NCBI GenBank assembly: GCA_951406725.2
Contig: OX597836.1
Coordinates: 44,144,001-44,208,000, forward strand
DNA length: 64,000 bases
Direction of reading: 5' to 3'
DNA from: Octopus vulgaris
Taxonomy: Eukaryota
A program made the position numbers and the translations under genes. This document shows positions 25,994 through 38,192 of the stretch, piece after piece (the stretch's first letter is position 1; every line of letters starts with the position of its first letter). The notes under the pieces were generated by a model. The model saw only the letters and a program-made list of their open reading frames with translations. It was not told the origin of the DNA and searched no databases.

Positions 25994-26209
25994 CCAACAA
26001 AAATTCTTTAAAAGCTTCCGAAAAAGAAACGTTTTTAAATGGAAATGTAAACGCATAACTTCGATTCATTGTCTAGTTTCATTATCATAAAAGTCGATAA
26101 CATACAGAAAGGGTGCTGTGACGATACAAAGCGATATGATTCAAAATGTAAGTAAATTCATAGAAAACTGAATTTCCATAGGTCCCGCCCCACTAGTAGT
26201 AGAAATAAT

Positions 26210-26413
26210 AATTCTTTCTGTACCTATAGGCACAGAGGCTGAAATTTTGGTGGAAGGAACTAGTCGATCACATCAAAACAGAATTTTATCGAACCCCTAT
26301 TGGATGAAAGGCGCAATTGACCTCGGTGGAATTTGAACTAAGGAACGTAGAAACGGACGAAATGCCACCAAGTATATTGTTCGGCGCGCTAACGATGTTG
26401 CCAGTTCGCTGCC
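26210..26413 (-). mobile_element. Old SINE B2
   Basis: Diverged B body. Confidence 0.7.
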
Positions 26414-26432
26414 TGATAAATACAAACAGCAT

Positions 26433-26850
26433 AGGCACAGGAGTGGCTGTGTGGTAAGTAGCTTGCTAACCAACCACATGGTTCCGGGTTCAGTCCCACT
26501 GCGTGGCACCTTGGGCAAGTGTCTTCTGCTATAGCCCCGGGCCGACCAATGCCTTTGTGAATGGATTTGGTAGACGGAAACTGAAAGAAGCCCGTCGTAT
26601 ATATGTATATATATATATGCGTGTGCGAGTATGTTTGTGTGTCTATGTTTGTCCCCCTAGCATTGCTTGACAACCGATGCTGGTGTGTTTACGTCCCCGT
26701 CACTTAGCGGTTCGGCAAAAGAGACCGATAGAATAAGTACTGGGCTTACAAAGAATAAGTCCCGGGGTCGATTTGCTCGACTAAAGGCGGTGCTCCAGCA
26801 TGGCCGCAGTCAAATAACTGAAACAAGTAAAAGAGTAAAAGAGTAGAGTA
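26433..26850 (+). mobile_element. SINE family A
   Basis: Full-length copy. Confidence 0.92.
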
Positions 26851-27278
26851 AGCAAAACGCACCCCCGTCCAATGGACGGTGGTGCGTTGTCAAACATTTA
26901 AACCAAATGTTCTCAAAACAACTTGTCTGACCGTCCCATAGGCCTCCCCTTTGAGAAACACTGATTTAACCTAAATTTGAGACACCAACAAAAGAAGAAA
27001 TAAAGATAGACTTTTTTTTCTATTCCAAAGAATGTTTTATCGATCGCATTCTCACCTGGAATCGATTTTTGTAATTTTTTCAAGACTTATCTACGCCCTG
27101 ATACCGCCGGTATCTACATGTGAAATTTGGCCGAATTATTTGAAAATGCTTATAAGATTCTTGCTCAATTCATCCACTGTGTATCTTACGTCGCAATACG
27201 GCACAGAGGCTGTGTGAGCTACGAAATCCTCATCGCCACTGTTACATCGCACGTTCGGATACCTCTACTAACTGTTGT

Positions 27279-27665
27279 GTGGAGGCGCAATGGCCCAGTG
27301 GTTAGGGCAGCGGACTCGCGGTCGTAGGATCGCGGTTTCGATTCCCAGACCGGGCGTTGTGAGTGTTTATTGAGCGAAAACACCTAAAAGCTCCACGAGT
27401 CTCCGGCAGGGATGGTGGTGATCCCTGCTGTACTCTTTCACCACAACTTTCTCTCACTCTTACTTTCTGTTTCTGTTGTACCTGTATTTCAAAGGGCCGG
27501 CCTTGTCACTCTCTGTGTCACGCTGAATATCCCCGAGAACTACGTTAAGAGTACACGTGTCTGTGGAGTGCCCAGCCACTTACACGTTAATTTCACGAGC
27601 AGGCTGTTCCGTTGATTCGGATCAACCGGAACCCTCGTCGTCGTAACCGACGGAGTGCTTCCACC
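27279..27665 (+). mobile_element. SINE family C, tail type b
   Basis: Full length; TSD actaactgtt. Confidence 0.9.
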
Positions 27666-28134
27666 ACTAACTGTTCGCTACTCTGACTCTAGTCTGTGCT
27701 GTCTGACGTCGTCTAGACTTCTCCCTCTATATCTACGTATTGGGCTAGCCTACTTCATCGTCTAGAGGTGTCCACACAACAGTATAGTAATTCATATGAC
27801 ATGTATTTGTTACTCTTCCGTTCATGTACAGGATTGAAAAGGGTTGAATCGTAGGTGTTATGTTCGTCGAACACCTTTCCTATCTAATAGAAAACATCTA
27901 TATTACTATTGTGGCATTATATCCTCTCCGAGTGTCGTCCTCTTGTCCCACAATTGTCCAACTAAAATTACACTATGCAGGTATGCTTGACACTAAATGT
28001 GAAATGGGACCTGACAGCAGCTGAAGGGCTGCCTCAGTATTTGACGCAGCTAAACTCTCAAAATCTACAGAATGCTGACAGCCTGGCATCATTAAGCTGT
28101 CCCCCCTACTATGTAGAACATGTATAACTTCAGT

Positions 28135-28634
28135 CGCCATGATAGATCGTTAGCCACTACACTTTTTTTAACTCCTTTTTTTTCTCCCTTTTATCTTTCT
28201 TTTTTTTATCTCCTTTTTTATCTCCCTTTTTTCTCTCCTTGTTTCTCTCCTTGTTTCTTTCTGTGTTCCTTTCTGTAGAAGAGCGTAGGCTCGAAACGTA
28301 AAAGACTTTTTCTATTCCTGAGCGTTATACTAATACATCCGTTTGTTTTATACACAACCTGTCTTCGTCTTTTGTTTTTTTCGTAAACTTTCTCTCTCTC
28401 TCTATATATATATATATATGAGACGCCATGATAGATCGTTAGACACTACACACATTTTATTCTCTCCTCTTTTTCTCTCCTTGTTTTTTTCTGTGTCCCT
28501 TTCTGTAGAAGAGCGTAGGCTCGAAACATAAAAGACTTTTTCTATTCCTGAGCGTTGTACTAATACATCTGTTTGTTTTGTACACCACCTGTCTTCGTCT
28601 TTTGGGTTTTTTTTTTCTTAAACTCTCCCTATAA
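28135..28634 (+). mobile_element. Tandem dimer of a Penelope/retrozyme-like unit, each with a hammerhead-like motif
   Basis: Units start cgccatgatagatcgttag at 28135 and 28424; motif ctttCTGTAGAaGAGCgtagGCTCGAAAC(g/a)TAaaagac at 28269-28306 and 28499-28536. Confidence 0.6.
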
Positions 28635-28825
28635 ATTCAGCTGCTTTCCTAGATGTTGCTTCTTTGTTAAATTATACACGCGGCCTAAACTGAGAAACGG
28701 AAGATCAAATATTCTCACCAAGAAGCTATATTCAAATTCTGTTTGCTCCTGCTCTGTACACCTGAAGGTATAGGCATGGAATTTCAGCTACGATTCTTTA
28801 AGTAATGGAAAGTCGATTGAATCCG

Positions 28826-28878
<53 letters not shown>

Positions 28879-29591
28879 CTCATACATGTAAATCACCAAG
28901 ACTACAGATACACACCCATACGTACACACAATCAGGCGTACACACATACGTACATACATACATACATACATACATACATACATGTGTGTGTGCGTGTGTG
29001 AGTGAGTGTGTGTGTGTATGTACGTGCATGTGTGCGAGTGTGTGTGTTGCGTCTGCATTGTAAAGCTGTTGTTTTTTTCATATTTTATTTACCTTCGGGA
29101 GATATGAAACAAATGGTTTTCAACGGTGAGACTTGAAGCAGATAAAGCTTTATCTGTTTAAAGAGATTTATTTCATATCTTGCGAAGTTTGTAAAAGCAA
29201 AATTTTAAAATTACTTAAAATGCAAACAATATACAACTGTTGCTCGTAAGAACAAATCTTTAAAAAATGGATACAGAAAAACCCAAGATTAATATTTGTA
29301 CAAGGTTAACGTATCTCTTATGTTCAGAGAAGATAAGGGTTCGGATTTTAAGGGCACCTTTCGTGCATTTTCTATCCAAGGTGTTGGTGTTGGTGTGTTT
29401 ACGTCTCCGTAACTTAGCAGTTTGGCAACAGAAACCGATATAAGTACTTGACCCTAATGGAAAAACCTGATTCGTCCCACTAAAATCCTTCCAGACGGTG
29501 ACCCCACCGTGGCCACCGGGTTACTATTGAAACACGTAAAAGTTAGAGCAGAGTCATTCAAACTGAAGTTGCTGATATTGTGATACTGAAT

Positions 29592-29800
29592 TCAAATTTT
29601 GGCACAAGGCCAGCAATTTCGGAGGAGATGTTAAGTCGATTACATCGACCCAGTATTCAGCTGGTACTTATTTCATCGACCGTGAAAAGATGAAAGGCAA
29701 AGCGGACATCGGCGGAATTTGAACTCAAAGCATGGAGACAGACGAAATGCCGCTAAGCATTTAGCCCGGCGCTTTAACGATTCTACCATCTCACCTCCTC
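29592..29800 (-). mobile_element. Old SINE B2
   Basis: Diverged B body. Confidence 0.72.
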
Positions 29801-29871
29801 GCCGTAATAGTGATATTAAACTTGCGTAGTTAGCTTACGGCTGTTGCAATAGCAGTAGCTGCATCAACAAC

Positions 29872-29924
<53 letters not shown>

Positions 29925-29980
29925 CGATGGTGTTAGTGATGGTGGTAGTAGTGGTGGTGGTGGTGGTGATGATGGTGATT

Positions 29981-30018
<38 letters not shown>

Positions 30019-30061
30019 GGTGGTGGTGGTGATGATGGTGATTGTAGTAGTAGTGGTGGTT

Positions 30062-30105
<44 letters not shown>

Positions 30106-30142
30106 GGTGGTAGTAGTGGTGGTGGTGGTGATGATGGTGATT

Positions 30143-30180
<38 letters not shown>

Positions 30181-30291
30181 GGTGGTGGTGGTGGTGGTAG
30201 TAGTGGTGGTGGTGGTGATGATGGTGATTGTAGTAGTAGTGGTGGTGGTGGTGGTGGTAGTAGTGGTGGTGGTGGTGGTGATGATGTGATT

Positions 30292-30329
<38 letters not shown>

Positions 30330-30375
30330 GGTGGTGGTGGTGGTAGTAGTGGTGGTGGTGGTGATGATGGTGATT

Positions 30376-30413
<38 letters not shown>

Positions 30414-30552
30414 GGTGGTGGTGGTGATGATGGTGATGGTGTAGTAGTAGTGGTGGTGGTGGTAGTAGTAGTAGTAGTGGTGGTGGTGGTGGTGGTAGTA
30501 GTGGTGGTGGTGGTGATGATGGTGATTGTAGTAGTAGTGGTGGTGGTGGTAC

Positions 30553-30584
<32 letters not shown>

Positions 30585-30824
30585 ACTATGTAAATAAGTA
30601 GGTATGCGGCACTAGAAACAGAAAATTAATCGGATCTTTCCGTCAGCCAGGAAGTTTGGGAAGCAAATTTTACTGCTGGGGGGATCCGATCAAGTTTAAG
30701 TCGGTGAGCGAGGAGATTTACTACTACTACTACTACGACAACAACTACTCCTACAACTACCACCACCACCGCCACTACTACTACTACTACCACCAGCACC
30801 ACCAGCACCACTACTACTACTACC

Positions 30825-30856
<32 letters not shown>

Positions 30857-30869
30857 CACCTCCACCACC

Positions 30870-30901
<32 letters not shown>

Positions 30902-30983
30902 CACCACTACTACTACTAATACCACCACCACCACCACCACTACTACTACTACTACAACCACTACTACTACAACTACTACTACC

Positions 30984-31019
<36 letters not shown>

Positions 31020-31093
31020 GCTATTACTACTACCACCACCACCACCACCACTACTACCACCACCACCACCACCACCACCACCACCACCACTAT

Positions 31094-31141
<48 letters not shown>

Positions 31142-31180
31142 TATTACTACTATTACTGCTACTACTGCTGCTACTACTAC
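29872..31180. repeat. Two opposed (GTA/GTG)n and (CTA/CCA)n tracts around a ~135-bp unique spacer
   Basis: 29872-30584 is GTA/GTG-rich and 30719-31180 is its complement type. Confidence 0.92.
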
Positions 31181-31545
31181 TTACCAATGCTGGTGCTGAC
31201 AATTGCTATCTTAACTCTCGACTGCGAATAATTCCGTTCCGCGCACACTCCATCAATAAGATTAGGCGATAAATACATTTAAAACACACGACGTTTATCG
31301 AAACGAGAAGAATCACATTAAAAATGTCTCGTTGTTTGCTCACCAGAAAGCTGCTCCGAACGGTTCAGGCGGTTTACTTCACAAAGCATGAAACGAGATC
31401 TTCTTTTCACATTCATTTTTTTTCTCTCTCTCTCTGTTTGTACGACGAGTTTTGGCAGACATTTTGTTTCTTTTTCTTCTTTATTTTGCGCAAGGAAGAA
31501 AAATAGCAAATATAGGGATTTTAGGTTTAATCTTACTTTTTTTTT

Positions 31546-31963
31546 TTACTCTCTTTTACTTGTTTTCAAGTCATTTGACTGTGGGCCATGCTGGAGCACC
31601 GCTTTTTAGTCGCTCGAGCAAATCGACCCCAGGACTTATTCTTTGTAAGCCTAGTTCTTATTCTATCGGTTCTCTTTTGCCGAGCCGCTAAGTTACGGGG
31701 ACGTAAACACACCAGCATCGGTTGTCAAGCGATGTTGGGAGGACAAACACAAATGCATAAACACACACACACACACACTCACAGACATATATATATATAC
31801 GATGGGCTTCTTTCAGTTTCCGTCAACCAAATCCACTCACAAAGGCTTTGGTTGGTCCGAGGCTATAGTAGAATACACTTGCTCAAGGTGCCACGCAGTG
31901 GGACTGAACCCGGAACCATGTGGTTGGTAAGCAAGCTACTTACCACACAGCCACTCCTACGCC
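31546..31963 (-). mobile_element. SINE family A
   Basis: Full-length reverse-complement copy. Confidence 0.9.
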
Positions 31964-32040
31964 TGGTTTGTTTCCAAATACAGACGAAAGAGAACAGTGC
32001 AAATAGAACCAAAGTCTCAAATCTTTTAATTGATATATCT

Positions 32041-32606
32041 AGGAGAAAGAAAGAAGGAAAGAAAGAAAGAACGAACGAAAGAAAGAAAGAACGATAAAAA
32101 GAGAGGAAGAAGGAAGGAAGGAAGGAAGGAAGGAAGGAAGGAAGGAAGGAAAAAAGAAAGAACAAAAGAAAGAAAGAAAGAAAGAACGAAAGAACGAGAG
32201 AAAGAAAGAAAGAAAGAAAGAAAGAACGAAAGAAAGAAAGAACGAAAGAAAGGAAGGAAGAAGGAAGGAAGGAAGGAAGGAAAAAGGAAAGAACGAAAGA
32301 ACGAAAGAAAGAAAGAACAAGAGAACGAAAAAAAGAAAGAAAGAAAGAAAGAAAGAACGAAAGAAAGAAAGAACGAAAGAAAGGAAGGAAGGAAGGAAGG
32401 AAAAAGGAAAGAACGAAAGAACGAAAGAAAGAAAGAACAAGAGAACGAAAGAAAGAAAGAAAGAAAGAACGAACGAAAGAAAGAAAGAAAGAAAGAAAGA
32501 AGGAAAGAAGGAAGGAAGGAAAAAGGAAAGAACGAAAGAACGAAAGAAAGAAAGAACGAGAGAACGAAAGAAAGAAAGAAAGAACGAAAGAAAGGAAGGA
32601 AGAAAA
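32041..32606. repeat. Polypurine (GAAA/GGAA)n tract with internal duplication
   Basis: Direct reading. Confidence 0.95.
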
Positions 32607-32829
32607 ATGAATCCTTATCTGCATTGCTGAGAATGATCTCATAATTTTGTAACAAACAGTGATTGGACGAGAGAAGGGAAAATGTCCAACGGGTGTCATT
32701 GATATATCGTGAATATAAAGAATTTTTTTTCTAATAAGCTAAAGAATATTAACAAAAGAACGGCGGCTGAAAAAGAGAAATTACCCGTTGACTTTAGCTC
32801 TACAAATATTTTCATAGCGTTTTCTGTGT

Positions 32830-33170
32830 CTTTCATCATCCATTGACAAAATTGCTAAAGACTTTAATCTCTTCTGTGTCATGGCCGACTGTTAATACAT
32901 CTTTAAAAGCATTAGTTTACAAAGCCTCTTTCCCATGACCATTTACATGAGTCGTAAGCATTATTCTTAATGCAGCTCACAGATTTGGCATGACAGCCAA
33001 TAACTTATTAATACTGACGAATCTAACGGCTTCTCTCGGAAGCTTTATAACTCCATTAAATAATTCTTTTGCAATATCAAGTTCAGATGGGATTATACGT
33101 TCCGTCTGCTTAATAAACAGGTAGTGTACAGTTATGAGGCTTTTTAATAAACAATTATATTTCAACTTTC
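32830..33170 (-). pseudogene. Fossil hAT transposase C-terminal dimerisation domain
   Basis: Minus strand reads MPNL*AALRIMLTTHV...SAMTQKRLKSLAILSMDDE, matching hATC FPNLxxALRIxLTxPV...STMxQERLxxLAILSIE. Confidence 0.72.
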
Positions 33171-33274
33171 AGTTTGCTCCCTGATAATAAGCTTAAACCA
33201 GTAAATTCACGTTACAGGTAAGTCCGTACATGCCTACAGATCTTTCGAAATAATTTTTACAAAATAGTATGTAC

Positions 33275-33960
33275 CGCATAAATTTCTTGAATTTGATCTT
33301 ACAATATCTAAGTTTAAAGTTACACCCGCTTTCGATTAACGTTGCCATATTTGTTAGCGTTAACCAGAATGAGCTACAATATGTCCCTAACCTTTATCAA
33401 AAAGCCAACCGACCCTTTTTTGAAGTCAACCATTTTTGGTATCAGTTTTCACAGGCATTGATAGAAAAAATAAGGAAGAAGCTTTGAATTTTCGCCTCTA
33501 AATGTGAAAAGAACTTCGGCGATTTTAGAAAGTCCATATTAACCCCAAATTTTGAGTCTATTTAGAAAACACCATTTTTGAGGCCGGGGGCTTTTGGGTC
33601 TATTTAGATAACACCACTTTTGAGGCCGGAGGCTTTTGGGTCTATTTAGATAACACCATTTTTGAGGCCGGAGGCTTTTGGGTCTATTTAGATAACACCA
33701 CTTTTGAGGCCGGAGGCTTTTGGGTCTATTTAGATAAAACCACTTTTGAGGCCGGAGGCTTTTGGGTCTATTTAGATAGCACCACTTTTGAGGCCGGAGG
33801 CTTTTTTGGGGTTTAGACCCACTCTAATAAGCCACCTCTCAAATATCTATTCAACTATACACATCTACCTTGAAAAATACCCATGATACTGTAAATTATA
33901 TATGATACAATTTAGTCATTAAAATCATTGTCGGTGATATTTCTTCTTTTCAACCTGTCA
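33275..33960. repeat. Unclassified ~700-bp dispersed repeat with an internal ~42-bp minisatellite
   Basis: Collinear diverged homologue at ~36980-37830; about 6 units of gggtctatttagataacaccacttttgaggccggaggctttt at 33553-33810. Confidence 0.7.
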
Positions 33961-34328
33961 TTACATCTTTTTTCGTAAACATTAAACCATCACCCAACTA
34001 AGAATATTAGCTGCCCATTGAAGAACGATGCAAATTATGAAGCCAACACAATACATTAATACTGACAGAGAGTGACAAATATCGTAAACACAAAATATTG
34101 AATGAAAGACTTATGGCATCTGGCTGATATTTTTAGGTAATTCTCGCTATTGTTAAAAATTTTTTCCTATTCTCATGGCTAAAATATGATCCTATAGTTT
34201 CATTGCCTGTCTGCATTAATATTTTTGCTGCATATTCCAGTTCTTGCTTTTCGCTTCCCTTAGTGTAGTATAAAATTTTTATTGTTACTTTTGATGGCAT
34301 CCCCCGGTATTTTTCTGATTTCTTTTTT

Positions 34329-34744
34329 TATTTCTATATTGCCCACAAGGGGCTAAACACAGAGGGGACAAACAAGGACAGGCAAACGGATTAAGTCGAT
34401 TACATCGACCCCAGTGCGTAACTAGTACTTAATTTATCGACCCCGAAGGGATGAAAGACAAAGTCAACCTCGGCGGAATTTGAACTCAGAACGTAAAGAC
34501 AGACGAAATACCTATTTCTTTACTACCCACAAGGGGCTAAACACAGAGGGGACAAACAAGGACAGGCAAACGGGATTAAGTCGATTACATCGACCCCAGT
34601 GCGTAACTAGTACTTAATTTATCGACCCCGAAGGGATGAAAGACAAAGTCGACCTCGGCGGAATTTGAACTCAGAACGTAAAGACAGACGAAATACTCCT
34701 AAGCATCTCGCCCGGCGTGCTAACGTTTCTACAAGCTCGCCGCC
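34329..34744 (-). mobile_element. SINE B1 array: head + two 184-bp units
   Basis: Junction gaaatacc|tatttc at 34513; TSD-like ccc(c/t)ggtatttttct. Confidence 0.9.
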
Positions 34745-35077
34745 TTCCCTGGTATTTTTCTATCCTCTTCAATAAAGCAGTGATGTTTTGGCCACTTAAA
34801 CAGCGATTTCTTTTTCGACTCCAACGCTATGAATTGGTGATCCAGCAGTATATTTTACCCAACTTCAGGCATTTTACACAACTTTTGAAAATAGTGCTGC
34901 AGCTTATTAATAAACATTGACTAGTGAAATCTTGCCGGTGCAGTTTCCTATTCAGAAATACAAGTAGGGGTTTTAAAGAAATCATCCAATTCTCTACAAA
35001 AACCCTTTGATCAACCATTGCACAATGCAATGTTGAGGGATAAGAAGTCTTCACACTTACAGCACAGGTAGAAGTTA

Positions 35078-35444
35078 TCTCTATATATTTAAATGGCAAA
35101 ATGTCTGCGTGTGTGTGTCCTTTATACAAATCCACACTTTTTCAGTTCGAGGGTTCGCACTTTCTATGGTCATTTAAAACCGTCCAAGGGTGGTCGTGCA
35201 CATCTTTACATTTCCCCCAGTTACCCCGCACAGCCATTAAAAAGTCAATGGAAGTTACATTTTTGTGAATTTTCTATCCAAAACCCAATTAAAATGCCCG
35301 AAACTTGATACGCCAATTGAATGCCAGCTAGCTGTATGTGATTGGTCGGAGATTTGGACAGTACTCGCGTGTATGTGCGCATGCACGCAGCTGTATATGC
35401 ATGTACTAGCACTATGACCCAGCAACGCCGGGTCATAGTGCTAG
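35078..35444 (+). mobile_element. Non-autonomous Helitron
   Basis: A|TCtctatatatttaaat 5' end, GC hairpin cccagcaacgccggg and terminal CTAG|T; no TSD. Confidence 0.82.
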
Positions 35445-35760
35445 TTAGTAAGTAATTCTCTCGAAGAATCAATTTTGAAACAATTGTTCGTATCTTGTTG
35501 GTCACCGATTATGTAGGCCATTCTGACCTAATACAGTGGATCAATTGGCAAAAGTAGAAGATGGGGCCACAAATATTTCTCTTTCAGCATTTTCGAATAC
35601 CCGAATACCAATATACAGGCTACTTCGTTTATTTCGTGTATCTCCGCTGAACTTGCATCTTTCGCGAAATGCCAGGCGCAAAAATCTGATTCCTCATTAA
35701 GAACAGAACTGGAGAAGTGTAGAGACCCAATTGGGACTTGTTCACCTCCCAACCCATTTG

Positions 35761-35961
35761 TTACTCTCTTTTACTCTCTTTTACTCTTTTACTTGTTTCA
35801 GTCATTTGACTGTGGCCATGCTGGGGCACCGCCTTTGGTCGAACAAATCGACCCCAGGACTTATTTTTTATAAGCCTGGGCAAGTGTCTTCTACCATAGC
35901 CTCGAGCCGACCAAAGCCTAGCGAGTAGATTTGGTAGACGGAAACTGAAAGAAACCCGTCG

Positions 35962-35995
<34 letters not shown>

Positions 35996-36340
35996 TGTAT
36001 GTATGTTTGTATGTATGTATGTGTGTATGTATGTATGTATGTTTTTATGTATGTATGTATGTGTGTGTATGTATGTATGTATGTATGTATGTATGTATGT
36101 ATGTATGTATGTATGTATGTGTGTATATATTTGTGTGTTTGTGTTTGTCTCCCCAACATCGCTTGACAACCGATGCTGGTGTGTTTACGTCCCCGTAACT
36201 TAGCGGTTCTGCAAAAAGAGACCGATAGAGTAAGTACCAGGCTTACAAAGAATAAGTCCTGGGGTCGATTTGTTCGACTAAAGGCGGTGCTCCAGCCTGG
36301 CCGCAGTCAAATGACTGAAACAGATAAAAGAATAAAAAAG
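35761..36340. mobile_element. Fused inverted SINE A pieces (minus-strand tail + headless plus-strand copy)
   Basis: Breakpoint near 35877 (aagcct|gggcaagtg). Confidence 0.82.
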
Positions 36341-36620
36341 AATAAATCAGCTTGCAACCAAGCATTACAATATATATTTTTATATACACATTCATTTCAT
36401 TTGTTCTTCAACGATTATTGACTGTTGCAAATCCAAAAATCATTTTTAATATTTGAACAATATATAACATATTTGGCAATCCTTTTCCTATTGTTTAATT
36501 CTTCTCTTTTTGTTAATTAGTATTTGTTCATTTAATTTGCATTGCACGTTTATTCTTATATTCACACTGCATTCACTAAAGGCGTAAACGCACAGCTTGG
36601 TTTTGTAATTATGTTCGCTT

Positions 36621-36960
36621 ATCTTTCGACAAATTTTCATCTTTCGACAAACGTTTATCTTTCGACAAATTTTCATCTTTCGACAAACGTTTATCTTTCG
36701 ACAAATTTTCATCTTTCGACAAACGTTTATCTTTCGACAAATTTTTATCTTTCGACAAACGTTTATCTTTCGACAAATTTTCATCTTTCGACAAACGTTC
36801 ATCTTTCGACAAACGTTCATCTTTCGACAAACTTTCATCTTTCGACAAACGTTTATCTTTCGACAAATTTTCATCTTTCGACAAACGTTCATCTTTCGAC
36901 AAACGTTCATCTTTCGACAAACGTTTATCTTTCGACAAACTTTCATCTTTCGACAAACGT
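36621..36960. repeat. 18-bp minisatellite, about 19 units
   Basis: atctttcgacaaa(cgttt/ttttc) units; explains the 6-aa periodic ORFs. Confidence 0.95.
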
Positions 36961-37482
36961 ACAAGAAGATTTTTGAAGCAGATAACTTCCTTGGATCTGA
37001 TCTTACAACTTATAAGTTTAAAATTACACTTCAATTTTACTAAATATTCTACGGCCCCGGTTCAAGTAGAAGAAAACGTTTACAACACAACTAGGTATAA
37101 CCTGTTAATATCACCAATATTAACAGGGAATATTGGTAATATTAACCAGTACGAGCTACAATACTTCCCTATCAAAATGATCGCTGACACTTTTTCCAGC
37201 AAACCATTTTTAGCCTGTTTTGATATGCGCTAACCAACAAAATTTGTTTTTTAGTTTTCGTACATAAATGTGAAAAGAATTTTCCCGACTTCTTTCAACC
37301 CACGTAAACCCTGAATTTCGGATCCCTTTAGATAGATTCATTATTACGGCCAGAGGTACTGTTTTTAGGCCCACGTTTATAAGGCATCTCTCAACTTTCT
37401 CGTAACCATATTTTCACTCACATCTACTAACAAAAATACACATGATGCTGTAAATTTCGCATAATACTAATTTTTATTTTTG

Positions 37483-37763
37483 TGCCCTTTTCAAGCCTAG
37501 CCAGGCTCATGGGCCCGGTTTCCCGGTTTCTGTGGCGTATGTGCTCCCCCCAGCTGGACGGGATGCCAGTCCATCGCAGCATTACTCAAGAAACAGGAAG
37601 AAAGAGTGAGAGAAAGTTGGGGCGAAAGAGTACAACAGGGGTCGCCACCTGCCCCTGCCTCGTGGAGCTTTAGGTGTTTCCGCTCAATAAACACTCACAA
37701 CGCCCGGTCTGGGAATCGAAACCGCGAGTCCGCTGCCCTAATCACTGGGCCATTGCGCCTCCA
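37483..37763 (-). mobile_element. SINE family C head with tail type d
   Basis: TSD taatactaatt; interrupts the 36980-37830 repeat. Confidence 0.85.
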
Positions 37764-37879
37764 TTAATACTAATTAGGGTTATTAAAAACCTTGTTAAAG
37801 ATATTTCGTCTTTTCATCTTTTTCATTAACACTTTCATCCATAGCATTACTTATTTCTATTAGTAAATGATATTAGTGA

Positions 37880-38192
37880 GGGCGCGTGGCTTAGTGGTTA
37901 GGGCATTCGGCTCATGGTCGTAAGGTTGTGAGTTCGATTCCCGGCGACGCGTTGTGTCCTTGAGCAAGACACTTTATTTCACGTTGCTCCAGTCCACTCA
38001 GCTGGCATGAGTTGTACTTGTATTTCAAAGGGTCAGCCTTGTCACTCTCTGTGTCACGCTGATTATCCCCGAGAACTACGTTAAGGGTACACGTGTCTGT
38101 GGAATGCTCAGCCATTTGCACGTTAATTTTACGAGCAAGTTGTTCCGTTGATCGTATCAGCTGGGACCCTCGTCGTCGTAACCGGCGGAGTC
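37880..38192 (+). mobile_element. SINE family D head with tail type b
   Basis: TSD taaatgatatta. Confidence 0.85.

Noticed and set aside
25629-26058. 105-aa ORF as a gene or Tc1-type transposase
   Set aside because: Length inflated by a 54-bp duplication; only a faint motif resemblance and no TIRs found.
27279-27355. tRNA-Arg gene
   Set aside because: It is the head of a multi-copy SINE; the acceptor stem is incomplete and it runs into SINE body.
32030-32644. K/E/R-rich 204-aa ORF
   Set aside because: Polypurine tetranucleotide repeat.
36488-37034. Periodic proteins CRKMKV / LSKDE
   Set aside because: Frames of an 18-bp minisatellite.
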